From an uncultured Thermococci archaeon (GTDB lineage Archaea > Methanobacteriota_B > Thermococci > Thermococcales > Thermococcaceae): 28,612 nt of DNA. A model generated the notes under the pieces. It was given only the letters and a program-made list of their open reading frames with translations. It did no database searches and was not told the origin of the DNA. Below are positions 7,768 to 16,879 of this stretch, piece after piece (the first letter of the stretch is position 1; every line of letters starts with the position of its first letter). The translations under genes and the position numbers were made by a program. The stretch covers positions 1 through 28,612 of the forward strand of contig CAZTOS010000025.1 in NCBI GenBank assembly GCA_964615185.1, in the 5' to 3' direction.

Positions 7768-8517
7768 CTAAATATAAACCACCATGCCGTCATAGGCAAC
7801 CATAACTCTGTCCCCATAGTTCTCATAAACATACTCAACAAGCTTTGTAAAGGGCAAGTTGTGGTGAGCAATATGAGTTAAATATACCTTTTCAGCAACT
7901 TTCAGTCCAATTTCTGCGGCTTCATCAACATTATTATGAGTCGGATTGTCGACACCGGGAGGGTACGTCGCATCAACAATAGCTATCTTGGGCTTTTTTC
8001 TTTTTAAAAATTCGAAGGTTTTCTCAGGTAAGCCCTTTGTATCGTATAGCACTGCAATTTTCTTCCGCTTGCTCTGCAGGAAATATCCAAGGGTTTCTGG
8101 AAAGTGGTTTAGTTTCAGTGCAGTCACCTTTAGAGGAGGAACCTTTATTACATCCCCAGCTTTTATGAATGAAATCTCCAAGTTTCTTGGTTCATTGAGT
8201 ATCGTAGCATCCGCACCTTCTCTGGGAGCATAGAGAGGCAATTTCTTTGCTATCCATCTGAGCCTGTAAAGACCATAGGTGTGATCATTATGCCAGTGGG
8301 TCAGAAGAACCGCTTTAATAGAAACCCCCGGCAAATGCTCACTTACATCCGTCCCCACATCAATTAAGATTATACCACCGCGCTTTGGCAGTATCGCAAG
8401 AGTTGGAGGTTTTCTCTGAGCAAAGCTAAATTTTCTCGCTTCTTGACAGGTTGGACAGTTGCACGATGCATTTGGTATCCCCTCTGAAGCTGCAGTCCCA
8501 ATGAAGTATAGTATCAA
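7768..8517 (-). CDS. PhnP-like metallo-beta-lactamase-fold phosphodiesterase
   Basis: GTAASEGIP, CNCPTC Zn site, THWHNDH (HxHxDH), YDTKG, THIAHH. TTG start at 8517 after GGAAGGT. Own BRE/TATA candidate at ~8565-8580. Confidence 0.85.
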   Translation of the reverse strand: MILYFIGTAASEGIPNASCNCPTCQEARKFSFAQRKPPTLAILPKRGGIILIDVGTDVSEHLPGVSIKAVLLTHWHNDHTYGLYRLRWIAKKLPLYAPREGADATILNEPRNLEISFIKAGDVIKVPPLKVTALKLNHFPETLGYFLQSKRKKIAVLYDTKGLPEKTFEFLKRKKPKIAIVDATYPPGVDNPTHNNVDEAAEIGLKVAEKVYLTHIAHHNLPFTKLVEYVYENYGDRVMVAYDGMVVYI

Positions 8518-8599
8518 CTTACCTTCCCCCAAGCTGTTTTTGTCTTATGGTACTTCTGCTTTGCTATAAAAAGGCTTTTGTTCAGTTACACTGTCATTT

Positions 8600-9679
8600 T
8601 TATGGATATACAACAACTTTTAATGCTTCTTTTTTCCTCATTAGCTCTATTCCCTTGTGAATGTCATCCAAAGAGACTCTGTGGGTTATTATATTTTTAA
8701 GGTCGTCAGTTTCTTTTTTCTTTAGAATTTCTATTGTCTGGTCAAAACTTCTTGCTGCAGCATATGATCCGAATATCTGTAACTCTTTCTGGTTCATCAA
8801 TGTAAAGCTAACATGATCGGCAAATGCATGTATATTCTGCTGACCGAATAAGGACACCCTTCCTCCTGGTCTAACAGCTTTAACTGCCAACTTCACGACT
8901 TCTGGAACTCCTGCGGCGTCTATAGCAACATCTACCCCATAGGATGTAAGCTCAGAAACAACCTCAAGAAGATCCTCTGAGGTCGGATCTACAACCCTTG
9001 TTGCTCCGAGCTTTTTGGCAATTTCTCTCCTAAGAGGGCTTATTTCAGATACTATGATTTCATTAGCCCCTGATAGCTGAGCAAGCTTTATATAGAAGGT
9101 CCCTATTGGACCTGCACCAAAGATTAAGATGCTTTCACCAGGCTTTAGATTGACTTTTTCCCAGTTGTGCACTGCAGTAGTTAGCGGCTCAAAAAGAACC
9201 GCCTTTTCGATATCCATATTTTTGGGCAAAACGTAGAGCTGCTTGGTTGGGACAACTGCATACTCTGCAAAACCCCCGTTTCCATATATTCCCAACGTTG
9301 TCATTTCTTGACACATATTTGGATATCCATTCCTACAGAACCAGCATTTTCCGCACTTTATGTTAGGATCCACAGCTACCATGTCCCCAACACTGACATT
9401 GTCAACGTCTTTTCCAACCTCTACAACTTCCCCAATGAACTCGTGCCCCAAAATCGCTCCTGGAGTTGCAGTATGCCCCGGAGGTATGCTAAGTATATGC
9501 AGATCAGTACCACAAATTCCAGCCGCCAGAACTTTCAATAGAACCAGGTCTTCCTTTCTAATTTTCATCTTTTGTTCAGGTTTGTACTTCTTTGGGATTA
9601 CCAAATCTTTGCTGAGATCTGGTTTTGGGACATCCTCAACAACCAGCTTTCCTTCCCCTTTAAACACTGCAGCCTTCAT
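8600..9679 (-). CDS. Zn-dependent medium-chain (polyol/sugar-acid) dehydrogenase
   Basis: GICGTD, GHE, CGKCWFC...C structural Zn, GAGPIG NAD site. Confidence 0.9.
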   Translation of the reverse strand: MKAAVFKGEGKLVVEDVPKPDLSKDLVIPKKYKPEQKMKIRKEDLVLLKVLAAGICGTDLHILSIPPGHTATPGAILGHEFIGEVVEVGKDVDNVSVGDMVAVDPNIKCGKCWFCRNGYPNMCQEMTTLGIYGNGGFAEYAVVPTKQLYVLPKNMDIEKAVLFEPLTTAVHNWEKVNLKPGESILIFGAGPIGTFYIKLAQLSGANEIIVSEISPLRREIAKKLGATRVVDPTSEDLLEVVSELTSYGVDVAIDAAGVPEVVKLAVKAVRPGGRVSLFGQQNIHAFADHVSFTLMNQKELQIFGSYAAARSFDQTIEILKKKETDDLKNIITHRVSLDDIHKGIELMRKKEALKVVVYP

Positions 9680-9689
9680 ACTTTCACCC

Positions 9690-10583
9690 CTATAAAACTC
9701 CTATCAACTTTAATTCATTTTTTAAATTTTTCAACTCTGTTTCATCCAAAAAAACCAAAGGACTTCTAAGTTTTCCCATATCAATACCTCTGAGTTTTAA
9801 GGCAGCTTTAATCCCGGACAGATAAGGGTATTTTTTCAAAATTTGTCTTATCTTAAGAATTTTATCCTGAATCTCTTTGGCCTTTTTCAGATTTCCTTTC
9901 TTAAATTCCCTATATAGTTCAACAACCATTTCAGGAAAGACATTGGCTATTGCTGAAACTGCTCCATCTCCCCCCAATACCAAGTGGGTATAAATTAAAG
10001 CATCACTTCCCCCCAGGAATACAAAATCTTCTCTTTCTTCTTTAATCGTAGTGATGGCATTGTAAAACCACGTGACGTCTTTGGAACTATCTTTAATGCC
10101 AACGATGTTTTTTATTTTAGAGAGAGCAACCAGTGTGTCAATGCTCATCTTGTTTCCTGTTCTACCCGGGATGTAATATATCAAAATAGGTAAATCAACT
10201 TCTTCACTTAATTTGGTATAATGTTTCAGCAGTCCATCTTTGGACAGGGGATAGTAGTATGGGATCACTACATGGATTGCATCAACCCCAATTTTTTCTG
10301 CATACTTGCTGAGCTTTATTGTTTCCCTTGTGCTTATGCTCCCAGTTCCAGCTATTATTGGAATTCGTCCATTAACTACTTCTGCAGACAATTTCATAAT
10401 CTGCATTTTTTCTTCCATATCCAAAGATGGCCCTTCTCCATTAGTTCCCAACAAAAAAAACCCATTTACTCTCTTTTTAATTAGAAATTCCAAGAACGAT
10501 ACGAGTTTTTCCTCATCTATACTCTCATCTTCTTTGAAAGGCGTGACTACTGGAGGAAACACACCCTCAAACACCCTTCTCAC
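9690..10583 (-). CDS. DapA/NAL-family class I aldolase, probable 2-keto-3-deoxy-(6-phospho)aldonate aldolase
   Basis: VTPF, GTNGE, PYYY, YYIPGRT, Schiff-base KDSS. GTGA overlap with a KdgK-like kinase. Confidence 0.85.
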   Translation of the reverse strand: MRRVFEGVFPPVVTPFKEDESIDEEKLVSFLEFLIKKRVNGFFLLGTNGEGPSLDMEEKMQIMKLSAEVVNGRIPIIAGTGSISTRETIKLSKYAEKIGVDAIHVVIPYYYPLSKDGLLKHYTKLSEEVDLPILIYYIPGRTGNKMSIDTLVALSKIKNIVGIKDSSKDVTWFYNAITTIKEEREDFVFLGGSDALIYTHLVLGGDGAVSAIANVFPEMVVELYREFKKGNLKKAKEIQDKILKIRQILKKYPYLSGIKAALKLRGIDMGKLRSPLVFLDETELKNLKNELKLIGVL

Positions 10584-11542
10584 CTTGAAACCTCAATATA
10601 GCATCGAGTTTTTACCAGTGACTCAATTTCTTCTCTTGTAACATAAATTGGATCACCTGGAATAGTATGGGCAAATGCTGCCATTGCCAAACCCCATTTT
10701 AATGCCTTGTCTATCTCACCACTTTTCAGATAAATGTAAGCAAACCCAGCATCAAAAGCATCCCCTGCTCCAATTCGATCTACAATTTCAATTTCATATG
10801 GTAGACCCCTGTATATCTTTCCATCCTTTAACGCTACAGCCCCTTTTGATCCCAAAGTTAAGACAAGGACTTCAGGTGAATATCGTTCATAAAGAAGTTC
10901 CAGAGTCTCCTCTGGGGATTTATGAATGCTAAAGACCGTTTTGGCGTCGTCTTTAGTTAAAATCAATATATCCACATCCCCAAGAATATTGTCTAAAACC
11001 TTGAATGCCTCTTTTGGGGTCCAAAGCTTTGCTCGATAATTCACATCAAATGATACCACGGTTCCAAATTCTTGAGCCCTTTTTATTCCAATTTCAACAG
11101 CTTTCTTGCAATTTTCGCTTAATGCAACGGTAATGCCCGTAGTGTGGAACAAATCATAATCACCGAGGATATCCCAATTCACTTCTTCTGGATCGATATT
11201 AGCAAATGCAGAGTTTTCTCTATCGTATATGACCTGAGTTGTCCTTGGCTTTCTTCCAAATTCTATAAAATACAGACCCATCCTGTATCTATTTGTCCAT
11301 ATCACATTGGATACATCCACTCCATGCTCCCTAATCTTGTTTACCACGAATCTTCCAAGCGGGTTATCTGGCAGTTTGCTTATCCATGCAGACCTTCCTC
11401 CCAATCTTGCAAATGCTATTGCAAAGTTAGATTCGGCGCCTCCAATTCCAATGGCAAGTTCTCTGGCCTGTTCAAGTCTTTCAAAGCCCTTGGTCGATAA
11501 CCTCAACATAGTCTCTCCAAATGAGATTGCTGAGGGAATCAT
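10580..11542 (-). CDS. kdgK: PfkB-family sugar kinase, 2-keto-3-deoxygluconate kinase-like
   Basis: FGETMLRL, GGAESN, YDRENSA, FDVNYR, DRIGAGDAF. RBS GAGGTGA before ATG 11542. Confidence 0.85.
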   Translation of the reverse strand: MIPSAISFGETMLRLSTKGFERLEQARELAIGIGGAESNFAIAFARLGGRSAWISKLPDNPLGRFVVNKIREHGVDVSNVIWTNRYRMGLYFIEFGRKPRTTQVIYDRENSAFANIDPEEVNWDILGDYDLFHTTGITVALSENCKKAVEIGIKRAQEFGTVVSFDVNYRAKLWTPKEAFKVLDNILGDVDILILTKDDAKTVFSIHKSPEETLELLYERYSPEVLVLTLGSKGAVALKDGKIYRGLPYEIEIVDRIGAGDAFDAGFAYIYLKSGEIDKALKWGLAMAAFAHTIPGDPIYVTREEIESLVKTRCYIEVSR

Positions 11543-11552
11543 GTTTCTCACC

Positions 11553-12731
11553 TCAAGCAGTGACACCAATTCTTTCAATTGAAAATTCAAAATGTCCCGA
11601 TTTTTCAGACTTCGTTAATTCGCCATTTGCCACCTTTATGATTTTTTCAATTATTTTCTCCTTTCCAAGCTCCAGCATTTCTTCAAGAGAGACATCATCT
11701 CTACGGAGCATCTCCTTCAAAATAAAGCTTAAATCAACATCTATAGCATCATGAAGACGTTTGGCAGTGTCTGCATTCCCGGTGATTTTTATTACAGGTG
11801 AAACTGGGGAGCCAAGATAAGTTCCAAGACCAGTTGTGAAAAGAACAATGTGCGCTCCACCACTGACGAGCCCTGTTACTGCCTGCACATCGTAGCCAGG
11901 ACCATCCATAAAGTATAATCCCCTTCCAGGCGGTCTTTCCCCATAGTCCACACAACCCTCCAATGGGACACTTCCAGTTTTTTTAATTGCACCCAGCGAC
12001 TTTTCTTCTATTGTTGTCAAGCCACCTCTTATATTACCCATGGAAGGCTGAGAGCCAATCCAGTCAACACCCATCTTATTAACATCTTCCACAGCTTTCC
12101 TGATTCTTCTCAGAAAATCCTCTGCAATATTCTTATCCTTAGCCCTCTTTGCTATTAGATGCTCAGCTCCTACAACCTCAAGTCTCTCGGTAAAAATCAC
12201 TGTAGCACCCTGCTCAACGAGAAAATCAACAACTTTCCCCACAGCGGGGTTTGAGATGAGCCCTGATGTAAAGTCAGATGCTCCACATTTCAGCCCTATT
12301 ACAAGCTCATCAATGGATGTTGTATCTTTCCTTGGCTTTAATGACTCTTTTGCACTGTTGATTAGCTCCACCCCTCTTTCGATTACTTTTTGGATACCTT
12401 CCTCCTGTATCAAGAGTGCTTCAGCATTTCTCCCCCTATTAGAGATTCTGTCTGCTATCTCGTAACTATCTACCCCCTCACATCCCAGCCCCACAACCAA
12501 AGTCCATGCAACGTTTGGATGTGCACCAATCCCCACTAATGTCCTCACAAATTGCTTTTTGTCCCTTCCAAACATTCCACACGCTCCATTCTCTTGTACC
12601 ACTGGAATTGCATCAGTTCTCCTGGCTATTTCTAATGCAGCGTAATTGGCACAAGCTACTGAGGACATGACAATGATGTGGTTTCTTATTCCAAAATCTC
12701 CATTTTCCCTTCTCCACCCAGTTATCTCCAT
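11553..12731 (-). CDS. UxaA/GarD-family sugar-acid dehydratase, catalytic subunit
   Basis: GIRNH, SVACA, HPN, VGLGCE, LKCGASD, GNIRGGLTTIEEKSLGAI, FTTGLG. Confidence 0.9.
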   Translation of the reverse strand: MEITGWRRENGDFGIRNHIIVMSSVACANYAALEIARRTDAIPVVQENGACGMFGRDKKQFVRTLVGIGAHPNVAWTLVVGLGCEGVDSYEIADRISNRGRNAEALLIQEEGIQKVIERGVELINSAKESLKPRKDTTSIDELVIGLKCGASDFTSGLISNPAVGKVVDFLVEQGATVIFTERLEVVGAEHLIAKRAKDKNIAEDFLRRIRKAVEDVNKMGVDWIGSQPSMGNIRGGLTTIEEKSLGAIKKTGSVPLEGCVDYGERPPGRGLYFMDGPGYDVQAVTGLVSGGAHIVLFTTGLGTYLGSPVSPVIKITGNADTAKRLHDAIDVDLSFILKEMLRRDDVSLEEMLELGKEKIIEKIIKVANGELTKSEKSGHFEFSIERIGVTA

Positions 12732-12735
12732 CCTG

Positions 12736-12999
12736 CTATCCTCCCTGATAGCGACTTTTGACATTATGGACATGGACGTATTCGCCAACTTTTATGTCCT
12801 CTGTAGCTATTCCAATAATTTCCCCGTACTTTATTACCGGCTCTCCAGCTCTTATTTCTCTGAGTGCAAACTTGTGTCCCTGAGGTATATCTTCCAGCAA
12901 AACTATCTCCCCTGCAGTGGTTCTCACCTTCTCACCTTTCTTTAAGGATACAATTGCAGTGGCAACATTATCCCTCTCGTCCATGACGATAGCTTTCAT
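12736..12999 (-). CDS. UxaA-family dehydratase SAF-domain small subunit
   Basis: DNVATA, IPQGHKFA, VIKYGEIIG, VHVHNV. Confidence 0.9.
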   Translation of the reverse strand: MKAIVMDERDNVATAIVSLKKGEKVRTTAGEIVLLEDIPQGHKFALREIRAGEPVIKYGEIIGIATEDIKVGEYVHVHNVKSRYQGG

Positions 13000-14018
13000 G
13001 GTTTTAACACCACTCTCGGGCTGTACCCACGTTCTGCTTCTTTAATAGCCTCCTCCCAGTCCTCCAGTTTATATACCTTCGAAATCAAAGGCTTAGTTTT
13101 TACTTTTCCTTCTTTCATTAGGTAAAGTATCTTCTCCCAAGATGTCCATGATGAGGAAAGATGGAATATCACTTCTATTGCCTTGAACACTATTTCGTTC
13201 CAAGGCACAGTTACGCTCCCTTTAGGAATTCCAAATGCTATGACCTTCCCCAAGTTTTGGGTAACCCTTAACGCCTGTAAAATCGCAGGAGGAGCACCAC
13301 TTGCTTCAAAAGCAATGTTTGCTCCGTTTCCATTGGTTAATCTTTTTACTTCTGAAACCGGGTCTTCCTCAGCATAGAGTGTGTAATCCGCTCCTAACTT
13401 CTCTGCTAAATCAAGTCTATATTCATCTCTCTCCGTTTTGGTTCCAACAATAGCAACTTCAGCCCCGGTAGCTTTTGCAACTTGCACTGCAAACAGTCCC
13501 ACTGCCCCAGGTCCAAAGATAACAACAAACTGACCCGGTTGAAGATTAGCACGCTCATTTAACGCATAGACAACGTCAGCCCCAATTTCCGTAATTGAAG
13601 CCTCTTCAAAACTGAGATTCTTTGGAATTCTATGCAGACCTTCTATTGGCACCAAAATCTTTTCGGTGAATGCTCCATTTGCCTTTATACCTATCACTTT
13701 TTTCTCCGGACAGTGTTGGGGATATCCAGACCTGCAAAGGTAACATTTTCCACAAGTTGAAAATGTTGTTTGTGATGTTACCCTATCTCCCTTCTTCCAT
13801 TCTCCTTTGTTCTCAGCCACCACTCCAGAGAATTCGTGTCCCAAAATAACGGGAGCTTCATATGGATGCCCTCTATCATGAATTATCAGAAGATCCGAGG
13901 CACATATGCCAGCAGCTTTTACATCGACTATTATGTATCCCTCTTTACTCTGGGGTTCTGGAACATCCTCTAACCTCACATTCCAAGGCCCTTTAGCATA
14001 TTTCACTAAAGCCTTCAC
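12996..14018 (-). CDS. Zn-dependent medium-chain dehydrogenase (sorbitol/idonate dehydrogenase-like)
   Basis: GICASD, GHEFSG, CGKCYLC...C, GPGAVG. GTG start, ATGA overlap with the SAF gene. Confidence 0.9.
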   Translation of the reverse strand: MKALVKYAKGPWNVRLEDVPEPQSKEGYIIVDVKAAGICASDLLIIHDRGHPYEAPVILGHEFSGVVAENKGEWKKGDRVTSQTTFSTCGKCYLCRSGYPQHCPEKKVIGIKANGAFTEKILVPIEGLHRIPKNLSFEEASITEIGADVVYALNERANLQPGQFVVIFGPGAVGLFAVQVAKATGAEVAIVGTKTERDEYRLDLAEKLGADYTLYAEEDPVSEVKRLTNGNGANIAFEASGAPPAILQALRVTQNLGKVIAFGIPKGSVTVPWNEIVFKAIEVIFHLSSSWTSWEKILYLMKEGKVKTKPLISKVYKLEDWEEAIKEAERGYSPRVVLKP

Positions 14019-14070
14019 ACCAATTCCCCCTTACAAATTAATAAAGACAACAAAGAAAGAAAAATTTAAA

Positions 14071-15165
14071 TCAGCCCTTTCCACCCAAACGTTTCACAAG
14101 CCCATATACTGGCTTCCACCCTTCATCTCCTGGAAGCTTCAGATATGGCTCCATCTCTTCAGTTGTTCTGAAGGTAACTTCCTCCACAGGTGGAACAGTT
14201 CCCGGTGGAAATCTCTCCAAAATCTGATCAATGAGCAATTCCAAGTACTTCAAGATGAAGGCTATTGCTCTTTTTGCTTTTTTAGCATCAGCAAGCGTCG
14301 CTTTCCCTACAACACCTTCTGGGGTATTGACTATCTCGATTGGTATGTGTCCCTCGGCACTGCTCCATCTCATAGGTCTCAGCAAACCATCCACCGCTTT
14401 ATCAAAATGCCCCTCTGGGAGATAGCTCCTTGGATTGGTGTCGACAGCGTAATCCATGTTGACCATCTCTGGTGGAAATAAGAGGAGTGCTAAAGAAGTT
14501 TCCGCTTCATCGGCATGCACAAAGTCTGTCTCAAATTCTCCTCCCCTTTCTTTGGTTCTGAAGAATTTCCCTGCTGCCCTATGCCAATCAAGAGCAATAT
14601 AAATTCCCGGCAACTGATATTTCTTCATAAACTCTTGAATAGCGGATTCAAGAACCCAAAAATGTCCATGATTATTTATGAGGATCTGCTTTCTGTATCC
14701 CATATTCCAAAGCCCCAGCATCACGTCCATTATGTATTCTTTGAGGTGATCCTCTTCTATTATAACAGTCCCTGGCATTCCGTAATGGTGCCATGGATGA
14801 GAACCATAGGTGATTGGCCATGTTATTGCAACTGGCTTCCCTTTCTTTGCCATGTGTTTCCTAACAGCCTCACTTATCTGAGTTACATATAGGGTATCGG
14901 TACCAGGTGGTAAATGGTTTCCGTGAAATTCTGTAGAACCTATTGGGATTATGACTACATCACATTGTCTAACTTCCTCAAAAATTTTGTATCCTGGAGT
15001 GGTTTGGATGTACATACCGGGTTCAGCCAATCCTGGAGGTGAAGGAATATCGAACTCCTCCAGAATCCTATCTATCTCTTCATCGCTTGCCGTCCATATT
15101 TCTCGTTCTAATTTCCCAACAGGAGTATCTTCAAATACCAAATCTTTAGGAATTTCTCGACTCAT
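14071..15165 (-). CDS. iolN: 3-dehydro-scyllo-inosose hydrolase-like (creatininase fold)
   Basis: GSTEFHG, HPWHHYGMPGT, HADEAETS, LPEGHFDKA, PEGVVGKATLA match the recalled Thermotoga maritima IolN. Adjacent to iolM. Confidence 0.85.
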   Translation of the reverse strand: MSREIPKDLVFEDTPVGKLEREIWTASDEEIDRILEEFDIPSPPGLAEPGMYIQTTPGYKIFEEVRQCDVVIIPIGSTEFHGNHLPPGTDTLYVTQISEAVRKHMAKKGKPVAITWPITYGSHPWHHYGMPGTVIIEEDHLKEYIMDVMLGLWNMGYRKQILINNHGHFWVLESAIQEFMKKYQLPGIYIALDWHRAAGKFFRTKERGGEFETDFVHADEAETSLALLLFPPEMVNMDYAVDTNPRSYLPEGHFDKAVDGLLRPMRWSSAEGHIPIEIVNTPEGVVGKATLADAKKAKRAIAFILKYLELLIDQILERFPPGTVPPVEEVTFRTTEEMEPYLKLPGDEGWKPVYGLVKRLGGKG

Positions 15166-15192
15166 TTTCAACCCTCACAAGATTCATAAATA

Positions 15193-16389
15193 TCATGGCT
15201 TTATCATAACCTTTCCAATTTCGCTCTTCTTTTCGCTTGCGAGCTTCATTGCATCCAGGATTTCCTCTAATTTGAAGCGGTGAGTTACTATCTTCGTCAT
15301 GTCAATTTTTCCTGATGCCATTAGATTTATGACACTTGGGAATATGCCGTGACCAGAGTGCCCTTGAGCTCCAAATATCTGAGCCCTCCGCACTTGAAGA
15401 ACTTCAAACTGAACTGGAACATGGGTTACCGCTCTTCCAATTGCAACAACTTTTGCATTCACTTTCTCACCATTCCAAATTGCCTCTTCCATTGCAGGCC
15501 ATGTCTTCGGGAAAGCTCCAGCAGCTTCCACATACATATCAGCACCTTCTCCATGTGTGACTTCCAGTATTTTTCCGGAGACGGAATCTACCTGAGTGGG
15601 ATCAATAACTACATCTGCCCCCATTTCTTTTGCCATCTTCTGCCTAACCTTTGCAATTTCAACGGCAATGACTTTGGCAGCTCCTGCGGCTTTGGCAAGT
15701 GCAATTCCAGCCAGTCCTATAGGGCCAGCACCAAATATGACAACATAAGCACCTGGTCTAAAACCTCCTCCCCTTTCAAATATTCCATTGTAAGCAACAG
15801 AAGTTGGTTCAACAAGAGCACCCGCTTCATAACCCTTTTCTTCCCCATACTTCTCTACTAAATCCGTGATTTCCCAGACCACCCTTGCAGGAACTGCTAT
15901 GTATTCAGCAAAAGCTCCATCCCTGCTGAAGCCTATTTCTTCAAGGTTTATGCAGTGGTTAGGATATCCCTCTCTACAGGGTCTGCAGTATCCACACCAA
16001 ACCATTTCCTCGGCAGTCACTGGGGTTCCGACTTCAAATTTTTGTCCCCACTGGTTGTATGCCTTTTCTCCAACTTTGACTATTTCTCCTGAAAATTCAT
16101 GTCCAAGTACACATGGAAATGCTGTTAAACCTGGGTACAGTATGTATCCGTCGGAAGTTGATTCATACATGTGGATATCAGACCCACAAATTCCACATGC
16201 TTTGACTTTTATTAGAACCTCATCCTCCCTGATCTTCGGAATCGGTCTGCGTTCTAATCTTAATTCTGGATATCTCCAAACAAGTCCTCCCAAATATGTC
16301 AATTTTCCTTCAATGTCTTTTGGAGTTGGTTTGTACTCCGGTTTTGGGTCCCATTTTGCATATAAAACAGCTGCCAGCATGTCTTCCAT
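15193..16389 (-). CDS. iolM: scyllo-inosose 3-dehydrogenase-like Zn-dehydrogenase
   Basis: Distinctive AKWDPKP...KDIEGKLT, GYILYPGLT, AEEMVWCG, EPTSVAYN, QVRRAQI.GAQGHSGHG match the recalled T. maritima IolM. RBS GGGTGA before ATG 16389. Confidence 0.88.
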   Translation of the reverse strand: MEDMLAAVLYAKWDPKPEYKPTPKDIEGKLTYLGGLVWRYPELRLERRPIPKIREDEVLIKVKACGICGSDIHMYESTSDGYILYPGLTAFPCVLGHEFSGEIVKVGEKAYNQWGQKFEVGTPVTAEEMVWCGYCRPCREGYPNHCINLEEIGFSRDGAFAEYIAVPARVVWEITDLVEKYGEEKGYEAGALVEPTSVAYNGIFERGGGFRPGAYVVIFGAGPIGLAGIALAKAAGAAKVIAVEIAKVRQKMAKEMGADVVIDPTQVDSVSGKILEVTHGEGADMYVEAAGAFPKTWPAMEEAIWNGEKVNAKVVAIGRAVTHVPVQFEVLQVRRAQIFGAQGHSGHGIFPSVINLMASGKIDMTKIVTHRFKLEEILDAMKLASEKKSEIGKVMIKP

Positions 16390-16420
16390 AGTTCTCACCC
16401 ACACACTTTAAGAAACAAAC

Positions 16421-16440
16421 ATTATATAAGCATTATTTTT
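16421..16440 (-). promoter_or_regulatory. Putative BRE/TATA promoter of the iolM operon
   Basis: Minus strand AAAAATAATGCTTATATAAT, ~35 nt upstream of the iolM ATG. Confidence 0.55.
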
Positions 16441-16632
16441 AAAATTTAAAGTCATATGCAAACAAAATTAACAAAAATAGGGCACAAATATGAGAAATAT
16501 CAGTTTAAATTCTTTTATCTGATGAATCAGTCCCATATATTCCCAATTACTTTCTAAAAATTTGGTAGATTGGAGATTGATGTTGCATTCCAATTAAAAT
16601 TTAATAACATAATGCCAAGACTGAGTTTAAAC

Positions 16633-16878
16633 TCATTTGATCTTTTTAGATAGTATGATTGTTGTTACCATTTTGACACCTTCAATTGTGGAGATTGAAG
16701 AGAGGAGCTTAGACAATTCTTCCCGTGTTGGGGTGTGAACATGTATGCACATATCATATTCTCCAAGAACCTCATAAACATGAAGAACCCCTTTCATTCG
16801 TGCTATTTCCATCTCCACAGGAACCTGTCTGCTTTTGGGTTCTGTTTTTACGAAAAGGAATGCCATTATGCCATCCAT
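16633..16878 (-). CDS. Stand-alone Lrp/AsnC ligand-binding (RAM) domain protein
   Basis: AFLFVK...VYEVLGEYD...IEGVKMVTTIIL, no HTH. Confidence 0.85.
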   Translation of the reverse strand: MDGIMAFLFVKTEPKSRQVPVEMEIARMKGVLHVYEVLGEYDMCIHVHTPTREELSKLLSSISTIEGVKMVTTIILSKKIK

Positions 16879-16879
16879 T

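Noticed and set aside
9690..10583. dapA for lysine biosynthesis
   Set aside because: Overlaps a KdgK-like kinase in a sugar-acid operon, with no other DAP pathway genes nearby.
14071..15165. Creatininase
   Set aside because: Fold matches, but specific motifs and adjacency to iolM point to IolN.
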